Assembly (NCBI GenBank): GCA_951406725.2
Contig: OX597820.1
Location: 126,356,001 to 126,420,000, forward strand
Length of the DNA: 64,000 bases
Direction: 5' to 3'
From: Octopus vulgaris
Lineage: Eukaryota
Both the position numbers and the translations under genes were made by a program. The notes under the pieces were generated by a model. That model ran no database searches. It saw only the letters and a program-made list of their open reading frames with translations, and was not told the origin of the DNA. Of the stretch, positions 39,880 through 52,553 are shown one piece after another. The stretch's first letter is position 1; each line of letters starts with the position of its first letter.

Positions 39880-40620
39880 TTTTCAAACTTCAGAGAAGAG
39901 TTGCGTGTTTCTACTGATCCACTTATAAATTGTATTTGTAATGTGCGATTTAGTGGGTTGATTTCTCGTTCTGAAAACCCCAGCTTATCCAGATTGTCAC
40001 CTAGGCGTTTTCTCACAAAGCCAAATAACTAATTATTATTGATATAAATGTGAATTTATAATCTGGATATTTAAGCTGGAGGTTTTGAAACAGTTGTCCG
40101 TAGTTATCCTCTTTCTCTTTTATTTTCAGAGAGATATTCACAACAGCAGGACAGCTGATCTCTACGACGGTACAATACTTTGCCTTGTCTGTCCCAAACA
40201 CCAATATCCAGCTTATTCACAACAGCAGGACAGCTGATCTCTACGACGGTACAATACTTTGCCTTGTCTGTCCCAAACACCAATATCCAGCTTATTCACA
40301 ACAGCAGGACAGCTGATCTCTACGACGGTACAATACTTTGCCTTGTCTGTCCCAAACACCAATATCCAGCTTATTCACAACAGCAGGACAGCTGATCTCT
40401 ACGACGGTACAATACTTTGCCTTGTCTGTCCCAAACACCAATATCCAGCTTATTCACAACAGCAGGACAGCTGATCTCTACGACGGTACAATACTTTGCC
40501 TTGTCTGTCCCAAACACCAATATCCAGCTTATTACATTTACATATCACAGACAAATATTCCACCAGTTTTCTTTGTGTTGATGCTTGTGTATGAATTCAA
40601 TAATAAGTAGATGCTCTATA
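39880..40620 (-). mobile_element. RLE-type (R4/Dong/NeSL-like) non-LTR retrotransposon 3' fragment
   Basis: NKLDIGVWDR / CTVVEISCPAVVNISLKIKEKEDNYGQL..LQLKYPDYKF.FI: a restriction-like endonuclease domain. Confidence 0.75.
40135..40533. repeat. Perfect 79-bp tandem repeat, 5 copies
   Basis: Units start at 40135, 40214, 40293, 40372 and 40451. Confidence 0.97.
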
Positions 40621-40775
40621 TAGTTTTCAGTGCAGTCCTGTGTATGATGATCATGCAATCGACTCATCCGCACCTCTCCCAAGCTACCCTTGTGGCAAAA
40701 ATTTTAACTAATTATATATATATATATATGGGGTATATATGTATATTTATATATATATATATATATATATATCAC

Positions 40776-40810
<35 letters not shown>

Positions 40811-40811
<1 letters not shown>

Positions 40812-41090
40812 TTAACGTCCTCTTTCCATGCTAGCATGGGTTGGACGATTTGACTGAGGGCTGACGAACCAGATGGCTGCACCAGGCTTCAATCTTGATC
40901 TGGCAGAGCTTCTACAGCTGGATACCCTTCCTAACGTCAACCACTCCAAGAGTGTAGTGGGTGCTTTTACGTGCCACCGGCACAGGGCCAGTCAGGCGGT
41001 ACTGGCAATGACCTCGCTCGAATCTTTTACACATGCCACCGGCACAGGTGCCAGTAAGGCGATGCTGGTAACGATCAGGCTCGAATGGTG
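40811..41090 (-). mobile_element. RTE-type 3' end or derived SINE ending in (TGA)n
   Basis: cgtccaacccatgctagcatggaaa.aggacgttaaa(tga)n tail. Confidence 0.65.
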
Positions 41091-41915
41091 TGAATTGTTA
41101 GTGTTCCGTTCTTGTAAGTTTCACTCTAAGTATGTTGTTAGTATAAATATATGTATGCGTCTGCTTACATAATTGTGTGTATGTGTTGTATGTCTCTTTA
41201 CTTATGTGAGTGTATGCGCTGATTGCGATGTGTCAATATAATACGTGTGTATTTATTGTGTTACTATTCATATGTATGAGTGCGTGTGTACTTGCGAAAG
41301 TGTCTTGTGTTGCATTTTATATATAAATGTGTGGCTGCGTGTTTGTGTGTATTACTCCTTTGTATGTCTATGTGTGCGTACGTGCAAGCTTTGTATGCGG
41401 CCTGTGCTAATATAGACGTGTATATATATATATATATATAATTCCGTTATATGTGTATATGTGTATATGTGTGCATAAGATCTTCCCTAAGTGTTCTGTG
41501 ATGCTGTCTATTTATGTGCGTGTATGTTATTGTATTGTTTGTGTGTTACTATACTTATTGTGTGTGCTTATGGATTGTGCTTAACTCTGTGTAAGGGTGT
41601 ATGTGTGTGTAGGGGGTGAATTTGTATGTGTACGTGTGTGGGTGGTGTATGTGTATGTGTACGTGTGTGTGTGTGTGCTTATTCGTGTGCTAGTGAATGA
41701 GAAGACTTTTACTATGCAATGCGTTCGTTGGCTTACAGGCATATATGTTCTCTGAACACGTGTGTGTCTTACCATGTTTGTGTGTGCTGTACGTGTGTAT
41801 GCGTGTGTGTGTGTGTGTGTGTGTGTTTTGGTGAGAATGCAAGGTTTTCAACTTCATTGAAAGGACTTTCCATTTCACAGAAGAGTAGAAGCGTAAATAC
41901 TTCACAAAGACTTAC

Positions 41916-41925
41916 GTCATCGTTT
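41916..41925 (-). CDS. Candidate 10-nt microexon AAACGATGAC
   Basis: tatgcgtttgtatcgctccgccag|AAACGATGAC|gtaagt. Confidence 0.4.
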
Positions 41926-41955
41926 CTGGCGGAGCGATACAAACGCATACATACC

Positions 41956-42002
<47 letters not shown>

Positions 42003-42068
42003 AAATATAAGCGTGTGTGAGTGCGAACGCTTACATACGTAACACTTGGTAACCAGAGACGTACGTAT

Positions 42069-42157
42069 CTCAAAGAATACATCATAATTAGTCCTAGCGA
42101 GATATTTTCATTAAAATTGCTCAACAAATGTTTGCATAAATCATGAATTATTTGGGG
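42069..42157 (-). pseudogene. Dead tandem copy of the 90-nt exon (PQIIHDLCKHLLSNFNE-fs-YLARTNYDVFFE)
   Basis: Homologous to 42939-43028; acceptor TAG changed to TAA, donor GT to AT, 1-nt deletion. Confidence 0.6.
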
Positions 42158-42379
42158 TTATAATATCAAGTCTAAACAATAAACAAAAAAAAAAGGAATG
42201 AACCAGCTTCTTATACAAAATATAAAAGTAATATGAACGAATTTATCACATAGCAAGTCCTTTGTTGAACGTCCTGTTTCGAGAACTACATCTCTTACCA
42301 GTCGGTGTATAACAGATAGCTATATAACACTATCAATCAGTTAAGGTTACATAAGTATAACACTGCCTGGGATGGATAA

Positions 42380-42643
42380 ATAAAAAATAATAAATGCGCC
42401 CTTTTAAAGCCTATCCAGGCTCATGGACCCGGTTTCCCGGTTTCTATGGTGTATGTGTTCCCCAGCTGAACAAGACGCCAGTCCATCGCAGCGTTGCTCA
42501 TTTTTGCCAGCTGAGTGGACAGGAGCAACGTGAAATGAAGTGTTTTGCTCAAGAACACAACGCGTAGCCCGGTCCAGGAATCGAAACCATAATCTTATGA
42601 TCATGATGCTGACACCCTAACCACTAAGCCACGCGCCTCCACT
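42380..42643 (-). mobile_element. tRNA-derived SINE, family C, with 14-bp TSD
   Basis: TSD cctgggatggataa at 42366-42379 and 42644-42657; near-identical to 45811-46071. Confidence 0.92.
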
Positions 42644-42938
42644 CCTGGGATGGATAACTGTAACGAAAATCTGTAACTTTTATATCCAACTAGATAAAAA
42701 AAATCTTGTTCTGTTTCGAGAATTATAGTTCTAATTAGGTGGTGTATATAAAAGACAGCTCTATAAGGCTATCAATTACGAAGGGTCAGATGGATATAGA
42801 ACAGCCAGGAACAGACCACTGTTCCGTAAATCAAAAGCACTTTACTTATTTATTCAACCGATGGAAAATAAACTTACCTTCCTTAAAATTAACTTCCTTG
42901 GGGCCATACATATTCCATAACAAAGCACACACACATAC

Positions 42939-43028
42939 CTCCCAGGGTACATCACAATGTGACTTGGCGAGATATTTTTCATGAAACGTGCTCAACAAAT
43001 GCGCATATGCATTGTGGACTCTCTGGGG
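42939..43028 (-). CDS. Candidate 90-nt phase 0-0 internal exon: PQRVHNAYAHLLSTFHEKYLAKSHCDVPWE
   Basis: tttatgttttcactgttatag|CCC...GAG|gtatgt; open only in phase 0; synonymous and conservative changes relative to the paralogous copy. Confidence 0.55.
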
Positions 43029-43149
43029 CTATAACAGTGAAAACATAAACGCTAAGAACCAATTTCTAATGCCCCAACTTCTAAATAATACATCCCATAT
43101 GGCTATTTGATCAACACAAATAGATGAGGCCGGCAACACTAGTCCAGCG

Positions 43150-43290
43150 ACTTAGCCTTTCATCCTTTCGAACTCGATAAATTAAGTACGAGTTACGCAC
43201 TGGGGTCGATATACTCGACTTAATCCGTTTGTCTGTCCTTGTTTGTCCCCTCTGTGTTTAGCCCCCTGTGGGCAATAAAGAAAGAAATAA
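43150..43290 (+). mobile_element. Family D SINE, 3' part with Tx1-like tail
   Basis: Tail ttgtctgtccttgtttgtcccctctgtgtttagccccctgtgggcaataaagaaa resembles 330-388 and 19505-19547. Confidence 0.7.
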
Positions 43291-43690
43291 TGCTCTAGAT
43301 AAGGGGATGTATTCTTAAATTTCCTCTTTGGCTTTATATTCACACCATGAGATGTTTTGAGGCCTGATGACAAACCCGGTGTATATACCATCAAGCCGAT
43401 CTTAAAGACAAATTTGATTATAACACCTCTCTTTTTCCACTGAAGACTACTTCTGTAACGCCTTCAACTATGACAAGTCAAAGTCATTAGTCCAATACGG
43501 AAATTTAATTTAATAGCTGTACACATAGTTTAATGGTTTTTCCCATATATTTTGATGGTTAGCTGTAGACACACCTTAATTAGTTCTTTCTCAACATATA
43601 CATCTGGCACTAACAGGACATTAACGTTCAAGACCCTATATCAATAAAAGACAGCATTGATTATATATTACAAGATTTAATCATACATAT

Positions 43691-43739
<49 letters not shown>

Positions 43740-43741
<2 letters not shown>

Positions 43742-44125
43742 AATTGACAGAATTAGATTTTTAAAAAGTCGGAGAACAGATTTCATAGCATTTATCAAGA
43801 AAGGGTCTTACAGCTGTTTCCGGGATATTTTGTATATCGCTTCATCGGAGACAGTGTAGGAAAATGTTTGAGTATTAATTATTGTAGAGAAGATATGAAA
43901 TACAGAGAGACGTTAGAGAATGAATATAAAAGTGAGATGCATAAAGATATTGTATTTGCAGTTCCATTATTCAAGTAGAATGGTGTATATGAATGGTGAA
44001 AAAAATTTGGGAGGCGAAGAAATTTTCTTGTACCTGGTGTGTGAGATCCAATGGTAGTTATATATGGTCATTCCAAGCATAGAGCCTTGTAAACAGTGTT
44101 GGACGATGGAGGGTTTTTTGTTTTG
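43740..44125 (-). mobile_element. Penelope-like 3' end/pLTR fragment
   Basis: Contains a hammerhead; related to 59790-60220. Confidence 0.6.
43805..43852 (-). ncRNA. Minimal type I hammerhead motif, U4C variant
   Basis: gtct-CCGATGA-agcgatat acaaa atatcccg-GAAA-cagctg-TA-agac. Confidence 0.7.
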
Positions 44126-44162
44126 TACATACATACATACATACATACATACATACATACAT

Positions 44163-44199
<37 letters not shown>

Positions 44200-44274
44200 T
44201 ACGTACTTAAACCGAAAGGGAAAGACTGAGATATGTAAGTGTGTTTGTATGTATGCGTGTATGTGTATATATAT

Positions 44275-44362
<88 letters not shown>

Positions 44363-44549
44363 TTATAGTTCAAATTTGTTGAAAAACAAAGGCGAAGATA
44401 GGTGTAGGAACAACAAGCAAGTGTATTAGTTTAACGCTCAGGGAAAAATAGAAAAGTATTTTACGTTTCGAGCCTAAGCTCGAGGAAATAAATAGAGAAT
44501 TAAAAAAAAAAGACGAGCTGAATTCAATGGTCCAACATGGCGAATATGT

Positions 44550-44587
<38 letters not shown>

Positions 44588-44639
44588 TTATGTAAGTATG
44601 TATGTATGACTAAACTGTATCCGTTATTGGACCCTAGTT

Positions 44640-45220
44640 TGGGAGTTCTAAGATTTTGAGGAGTGTGAAACCGCCACCTAGTCCCTATTGATCCCAAGTC
44701 GACTCTGACCCAGAGTTAAAGCACCTATCAGTGTTCCGTCTTTAGGTTATCTACTATGGGACCGGGAGTGAGGGACCCTGAGCTGTTATCATAGCATCAT
44801 TCTAGGAGAGGAATATTCAGATGTATAACCTGGGTTTTCACGATATTATCGCTCTTCGCGCATCGAACTGTCACTAGATACTAATCACAGAGACTCAGAG
44901 AGAGGTACTCGTGATGTACATGCATTTATCACATAATACAATGACGTATGGATGTCTCTTTATGGTGACTTCGTTTGTCATCTCATCTACTGAAAGTCCT
45001 ATGGTAATAGACGAGCGGTGGTGTGTGCAGACCTGACTGGTTAGAAGTGCGCAGTTAAGTTAGAACCTTCGTCTGTCACCTAAGCTTCAAACCGTTCAGT
45101 TCTGCAGCGGAACTGGATGGTCATCTGAGAAATCATGGACGAACAGTCAAAAATGTCATTGGCGACAAGGAAGCACAAAGAAATGGCAATCACTTCTGAC
45201 GATGGAGCAATCATCATATA
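44640..45220 (+). mobile_element. Probable RTE-related non-autonomous remnant
   Basis: KPFSSAAELDGHLRNH zinc-finger-like end and an RTE-like tail; weak. Confidence 0.35.
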
Positions 45221-45810
45221 TATATCTTAAAGCCTATAGTCTTCTACCAACTTTCCAGTAACGATTAGTTTAAGAGTAAGAATTTTTACATCACAACCCA
45301 CTCTCGAACTTTTTACTATACCGTTTTATTAAAAAGAAAAAATATACTTTGGATTTGTATGTTTTGTTTTTACTTTCTTTTTTTATCAGAAATGCATTAG
45401 AGTTATGGGAGCGAGCAGCTGTTATTTTATTTTGTTTGTTAATATGTCTACATTTATAATTATTTTTTTGACTGATATGCAAATATATTCTGTTTGCATT
45501 TGAAGCATGTAAACATATTTTTTGAAGCACATAAATACATTTTTTGAAGCACATAAATTTATTTTAAATTCCTTTTTTAATTACATCTTTCCGTCCAGAG
45601 CGTATTAAAACATCATCATTTAAAATTTTCAGAAAAACGAAACCGTTCATTGCAATAGTACTAATGCTTTCGTTTTTGAATTACTATCGCTTCCATTATT
45701 TTGGAGAACTAATTCACCTGTTATGAGATAATCGTCTTGCTTACCCACCTACTTAACATATGAAAAGATTTACAAAACATATATTTTAATATTCTTTACT
45801 AATGTTATTT

Positions 45811-46071
45811 GAGTGGAGGCGCGTGGTTTAGTGGTTAGAGTGTCAGTATCATGATCATAAGATTGTGGTTTCGATTCCTGGACCGGGCGACGCGTTGTGT
45901 TCTTGAGCAAAACACTTCATTTCACGTTGCTCCTGTCCACTCAGCTGGCAAAAATGAGTAACGCTGCGATGGACTGGCCTTCCTTCCAGCTGGGGAACAC
46001 ATACGCCATAGAAACCGGGAAACCGGGCCCATGAACCTGGCTAAGCGTTAAAAGGGCGCATTCATTATTTA
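45811..46071 (+). mobile_element. Family C SINE with TSD taatgttat
   Basis: tRNA-like head; TSD at 45800-45808 and 46072-46080. Confidence 0.9.
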
Positions 46072-46721
46072 TAATGTTATATGAAGTGTTGAACTGGCAG
46101 AATCGTTAAAGTGGTGTCGGAATACCTACGATACTCATTCTGGCTGTCTACTTTCTGAGCTCGATCCTATTCGAAGCCAACTTTGTCTTCCATTCTTTCC
46201 TGGTCTAAAAAGTTCCAGAACTGAGATCAATTCTCCGGATTGTACCAATAGTTCAAAGGTCCGGCCTTATTACACAGTGATACGTTGACTGGGTCTGAAA
46301 ATTGTATTAAGAGTGTTCATAAAATGTTCCTCCGTTCATATACTAATCTCATCAGAAGGAATTCAGCTCAACGTCGATACCAACAGATAATACACCACCA
46401 TGTTATTTTACCAGTTTTTTTATTTTCTTTACATATAATTGTTTATTTAATTTATCTATTTTAGATTCTGAATCTCTGATCATCACAACAAAAATCCGAA
46501 GATTGTTTTCAAAGAAAAATGAAAAAGGTATAATAAAAACATTAAGGGGATTAAGGAGATAAAATAATCCATCTTTTACTGAATAAAAGTCAACTTTTCT
46601 CCAGTGTTTACGCCTACTCCATCACGTCTAATGCTTTTACGTCTATCTTTAACGATTATTCTTTACGTCTTGTACATTTATCCTAGTTCCAGTAGTGTTT
46701 GCAACGGGAATATCCACACGA

Positions 46722-46747
46722 TCATACAACAAGGCAAAAACAATAAC
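46722..46747 (-). CDS. Candidate last exon (phase 1 xYCFCLVV*, CAAX-like; phase 0 gives 32 aa)
   Basis: taattgatttctgtaag|GT; UTR-like island with AATAAA near 46420-46447. Confidence 0.3.
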
Positions 46748-46805
46748 CTTACAGAAATCAATTATATAGAGAGCCGTTGTTTGAAATCAATATTATCGAA
46801 AGTTT

Positions 46806-47020
46806 AGGCGGCGACCTGGCAGAATCGTTACCGTGCCGGACAAAATACTTAGCGGCATTTCTTCCGACTTTACATCCTGAGTTCAAATTCCACCATGGTC
46901 GACTTTGCCTTTCGTCTTTGCGGGGCCGATGAAACAAGTACCAGTTGAGTACTGGGATCAATGTAATTGACTTACCTCTTCCCCGAAATTCTTGGCGGCC
47001 TTGTGCCAAAATTTGAGACC
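46806..47020 (+). mobile_element. Family D SINE, full length
   Basis: ggcggcgacctggcagaatcgtta head; other copies at 46090, 50405-50595, 51990-52120 and 55508-55820. Confidence 0.8.
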
Positions 47021-47038
47021 AATATTATCGATAGTTGG

Positions 47039-47101
<63 letters not shown>

Positions 47102-47615
47102 TTATAGTTCAAATTTGTTGAAAATCAAAGGCGAAGATAGGTGTAGGAACAACAAGCAAGTGTATTAGTTTAACGCTCAGGAAAAATAGAAAAGTATTTT
47201 ACGTTTCGAGCCTAAGCTCGAGGAAATAAACGTGCTGAATTCAATAGTCCAACATGGCGAGTGTGTTTGTGTGTGTGTGTGTGAGTATTTCTGTATCTAT
47301 TTTGCCTGTCATGGTTATGGTAAACGTGTGGTTCGAGGCCCGTAAGTAGCTTTCCGCTTTTTCATCCAAGATGTTTTTAACCTAATGTAGGCACATAAAT
47401 GCATGCACATACAAGATATGTATGTGCATGCATGTAATAGTCTATATCTGTTTGTCTGTTTGTATGTATGTGTGTATATATTTATGTATTACGTATGTAT
47501 GTATATATGTATGCATGTATATACGTATGCATGTATGTACGTATGTATGTATGTATGTACGTACGTACGTACGTATGTATGTATGTACGTACGTACGTAC
47601 GTACGTATGTATGTG

Positions 47616-47647
<32 letters not shown>

Positions 47648-47711
47648 TGTATGTATGTATGTATGTATGTATGTATGTATGTATGTGTGCGAGGACTTGG
47701 AAACACCTGGG

Positions 47712-47776
47712 TTAGTATCCAGACACGCTGTCGGCCCACTGGGAGTGGGAGGCCCCTCTGTTGCTATCACATTTTT
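47712..47776 (-). CDS. Candidate last exon: xKCDSNRGASHSQWADSVSGY*
   Basis: gttttctctcagtttccctctcctag|AA; overlaps the end of the next candidate. Confidence 0.3.
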
Positions 47777-47939
47777 CTAGGAGAGGGAAACTGAGAGAAA
47801 ACCTGCGAGACTGACAATATTCGATGATGTAGTCCAGTTCTTCTTTTCGAGTTTATGTTGTCCATGACAACATAAAGTGGGATTGGATTTGAGTAAATCC
47901 TTTCGTCACCATAAAAAAAATCATTATGCACAGGCATCG
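47767..47939 (-). CDS. Candidate last exon: xMPVHNDFFYGDERIYSNPIPLYVVMDNINSKRRTGLHHRILSVSQVFSQFPSPRKM*
   Basis: ttttactttttctttcaag|CG; phase 1 open for 57 codons. Confidence 0.45.
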
Positions 47940-48728
47940 CTTGAAAGAAAAAGTAAAACTTATCGCAAAAATGGCTGGTTGTAGCTTTTGCTAGTGTGGG
48001 ATTTTCAATCAGGCGCGAACACGAGTCTGCAGCCATCATGTATGTATGTATGTATGTATGTATGTATGTATGTATGTATGTATGTATGTATGTATGTATG
48101 TATGTATGCATGTATGTATGCATGTATGTATGTATGTATGTATGTATGTATGTGTGCGTGTGTGCGTGTGTGCGTGTGTGCGTGTGTGTGTGTGTATGGA
48201 TGGATGGATGGATGGATGGTTGGATGGATGGATGGATGGATGGATAAGCGAGGTGACATGGCTTAGTCGCTAGAGTGTTGCGCTCACAATCGCAAAGTCG
48301 TGATTTCAATTCCTGGACTGGATCGCACGTTGTGTTCTTGAGCAAAACACTTCATCTAACATTGGTACACCGTGCACCTCTCTTTTTTTAGGCATTTCTC
48401 TGAGAAGGAAATACAGAAATAACACCCACCTCATTGTGAAGCCAGAGACCCTACAGTCTGCTTGTTTCTAGATTATTTGGCTTCGTAGGTGAGAGTCTTA
48501 GCGAAGTTTCATACGGGCTTTGCCGACAACCATTGTCTTTAATATTTTGTGTAAGGTAATTTGATAGTGATGGCCATACTTGTCTACAAGTTGACAGCCA
48601 TCATATGTGTATATCTGCATGCATGTAAGTATATATGACTATACGTATGGCTGCGTGTATGTATATGTTTCATGCGTGCAGATATCTATGCATATATAAT
48701 GAACTCATATATGTATGCATGTATCTTT

Positions 48729-49632
48729 GTATGTATGTATGTATGTATGTATGTATGTATGTATGTATGTATGTATGTATGTATGTATGTATGTATGTAT
48801 GTATGTATGTATGTATGTATGTATGTATGTATGTATGTATGTATGTATGTATGTATGTATGTATGTATGTATGTATGTATGTATGTATGTATGTATGTAT
48901 GTATGTATGTATGTATGTATGTATGTATGTATGTATGTATGTATGTATGTATGTATGTATGTATGTATGTATGTATGTATGTATGTATGTATGTATGTAT
49001 GTATGTATGTATGTATGTATGTATGTATGTATGTATGTATGTATGTATGTATGTATGTATGTATGTATGTATGTATGTATGTATGTATGTATGTATGTAT
49101 GTATGTATGTATGTATGTATGTATGTATGTATGTATGTATGTATGTATGTATGTATGTATGTATGTATGTATGTATGTATGTATGTATGTATGTATGTAT
49201 GTATGTATGTATGTATGTATGTATGTATGTATGTATGTATGTATGTATGTATGTATGTATGTATGTATGTATGTATGTATGTATGTATGTATGTATGTAT
49301 GTATGTATGTATGTATGTATGTATGTATGTATGTATGTATGTATGTATGTATGTATGTATGTATGTATGTATGTATGTATGTATGTATGTATGTATGTAT
49401 GTATGTATGTATGTATGTATGTATGTATGTATGTATGTATGTATGTATGTATGTATGTATGTATGTATGTATGTATGTATGTATGTATGTATGTATGTAT
49501 GTATGTATGTATGTATGTATGTATGTATGTGTGTATGTATGTATGCATGTATGTATGTATGTATGTATGTATGTATGTATGTATGTATGTGTGCATGTAT
49601 GTATGTATGTATGTATGTATGTATGTATGTAT
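48729..49632. repeat. ~900-bp nearly pure (GTAT)n
   Basis: Read directly. Confidence 0.97.
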
Positions 49633-50160
49633 ACCCATATAATATAGTTAAACAAGTGTGTGCGACTAAAAGCTGTTTTCCGAAATTCTTAATTCATCCC
49701 TCTTCACAACACAGGAAACTCCAAAGTTGATTTCCATCTATGACACGAATCCCAATTTGTTTCGGATTATCGTGAGTTTTTTTTTTCATTTGTTTGTCTT
49801 TTTTTCCTAAAGAAACTTTTCGATTTTGTCTGCTAATTTTATATTTTTTATACTTAATCTTTCTTTATTTTTCGCTACATCTTACATGTATGTATGTATG
49901 TATGTATGTATGTATGTATGTATGTATGTATGTATGTATGTATGTATGTATGTATGTATGTATGTATGTATGTATGTATGTATGTATGTATGTATGTATG
50001 TATGTATGTATGTATGTATGTGGATGCGCGTTCGTGTGAGGGACTGAATATGAAAAGAAATAATTGAGATGTCAAGTTGTCTCAAGCAAATTGACCAGTG
50101 TAATACTTTCAATTGGATGAAGTTTCCAATACATGTATGTATGAGTGTATGTAATTACAT

Positions 50161-50220
<60 letters not shown>

Positions 50221-50274
50221 ACACACACACATGTATGTATTTATGTATTATGTATGTATGTATATATGTATGTA

Positions 50275-50309
<35 letters not shown>

Positions 50310-50625
50310 AAGTATGTGTCTATCGTACATATACGATAGACACATACATATGTACATATGTATGCATGTCTCGTAATGTAAGAGTTGTGAACTATATTCG
50401 ATTCAACTTTTGGTACAAGACCAGCAAGTCCGGGGGTGGGGAGTAAGTCAATTACATCGACCCCAGTGCTCAGCTGATATTTATTTTATGGCCCCCAGAA
50501 GTATGAAAGGCAAAGTCGACTCCAGCCACATTTGAACTCAGAACGTAAGGACAGACGAAATGCCGGAGCGGTAATGATTCTGTCTGCTCGCTTCCCAAGA
50601 GTTGTAAACGTTATTGAAGTATAAA

Positions 50626-51050
50626 GGCGTAGGAGTGGCTGTGTGGTAAGTAGTTTGCTTACCAACCACATGGTCCCGGGTTCAGTCCCACTGCGTTGCA
50701 CCGTGGGCAAGTGTCTTCTACTATAGCCTCGGGCCAACCAAATCCTTGTGAGTGAATTTGGTAGACGGAAACTGAAACAAGCTCGCCGTATATATGTCTA
50801 TATATGTATGTGTGTGCGTGTATATGTTTGTGTGTCTGTGTTTGTCCCCCCAACATCGCTTGACAACCGATGCTGGTCTGTTTACGTCTCCGTAACTTAG
50901 CGGTTCGGCAAAAGAGACAGATAGAATAAGTACTAGGCTTACAAAGAATAAGTCCAGGGGTCGATTTGCTTGACTAAAGGCGGTGCTCCAGCATGGCCAC
51001 TGTCAAATGACTGAAACAAGTAAAAGAGTAAATAGAGTAAAAGAGTAGAG
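50626..51050 (+). mobile_element. Family A SINE, full length
   Basis: Complete head, internal (TG)n and gagtaaa-repeat tail. Confidence 0.92.
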
Positions 51051-51056
51051 TATATG

Positions 51057-51076
51057 TTACCCAGTGCAAACATCAC
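51057..51076 (-). CDS. Candidate short last exon xDVCTG*
   Basis: gaattctatttcag|GTGATGTTTGC; resembles the start of the 6739 candidate. Confidence 0.25.
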
Positions 51077-51329
51077 CTGAAATAGAATTCAATTTGTAAA
51101 GAGAGGCCGACCATGCAATTTAGGAGTTTAAAAAACTGAAAGTAAATTGAGCGGATGTAAAGATACTGAACTACCATAATTCTATAGAGACACTCTATAG
51201 TGCACTGATAGGAACAATGACACCCTTTTTTTCCCGTCATCTCAGTATTCGTGCTTGATTATTGCATTGCTATCATGCACCGACATGCAAGCCATCTTTG
51301 TGTTTGTTTCAGGCTGTATAATACGCTGG

Positions 51330-51645
51330 TACGGTGCACTGCCTGGCTCCCCGTCGGTTGTGACGATAAACGTTCCAGTTGATTTGATGAATGGAACAGC
51401 CTGCTTGTGAAAATAACGTGCAAATGGCTGATCACTTCACAGACACTCGTACCTTAACGTGCGAGTAGTTCTCAGGGAAATTCAGCGTGACACAGAATGT
51501 GACAAGGCTGGCCCTTTTGAATGACTGGTTCAACTCATTTTTGCCAGTCGAGTAGACTGAAGAAACATGAAATAAAGTGTCTTGCTCTTGGAATCGAAAT
51601 TACGTGAGCCGAATGACTTAAACACTAAGCCACGCGCCTTCACAC
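51330..51645 (-). mobile_element. Family C-related long SINE
   Basis: Head ggcgcgtggcttagtg plus ctggcaaaaatgagt core. Confidence 0.7.
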
Positions 51646-52149
51646 GGTATACTACTGCTGCTATTTCTGAAATACTAACTATATCAATAGAAGGTACTAT
51701 AAGATTAAGGGCTTACGGATATGACATAATGAAGGAGTTCTGTTAATAGAAATTTAGCGATTTCGCTGGTTCTCTTCATATCCTTTTTCTCAAATTATGA
51801 GATGTTGCTTTCGTTGTTTCCGGTAAATTTACTTACGTTTTTTAAATCCCTAAACTGCATGTTAACCTCGGCTTGTTTCAGGCATTTTAGACCTACTGGA
51901 ACCCAATCCCTCTCCATGGCTGATCATAGTCGATTTCTTCCAGAGGAGAGGAAGAAACACAGAATGAGTGACTGGTGAAAGGGAAGATTCTTCGCTCGTA
52001 TACAACTGGTAATTCCTTTATTGGCTCCGAAAGATTGAATGGCAAAGACGACCTCCGCGTGAGTTGAACTCAAAACACAGAAAGCTGGAACGAACACTGC
52101 AAGGAAATGTCTCTGCCACTCTACCAATAACATATCGAGATAGATAGAT

Positions 52150-52189
<40 letters not shown>

Positions 52190-52399
52190 GCAGAGAGATA
52201 ATGTAAGGATGTTTATGTATGTATGTATGTATGTATGTATGTATGTTTGTATGTGAAGACTGAAGAAATAGGAGAGAAGAGGGTGAAGAAGGGGAAGGTA
52301 AGGGAGGAGCAGGAGGAGGTGTACGAAAGCACATCATTACTAGAAATACCTCAGTCAATCATGTAACTAAACCCTCGTCTCTGGTGGATTAGTTTTGTC

Positions 52400-52495
<96 letters not shown>

Positions 52496-52496
52496 G

Positions 52497-52553
<57 letters not shown>

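Noticed and set aside
40135-40533. CRISPR-like array
   Set aside because: Identical units with no spacers, eukaryotic context, derived from a retrotransposon
48635-49730. 300+ aa (MYVC)n/(HTYI)n ORFs and similar ORFs throughout the track
   Set aside because: Microsatellite translations
50312-50348. Perfect 16-bp palindrome
   Set aside because: Lies within TA/TG microsatellite; likely a template-switch artefact of replication
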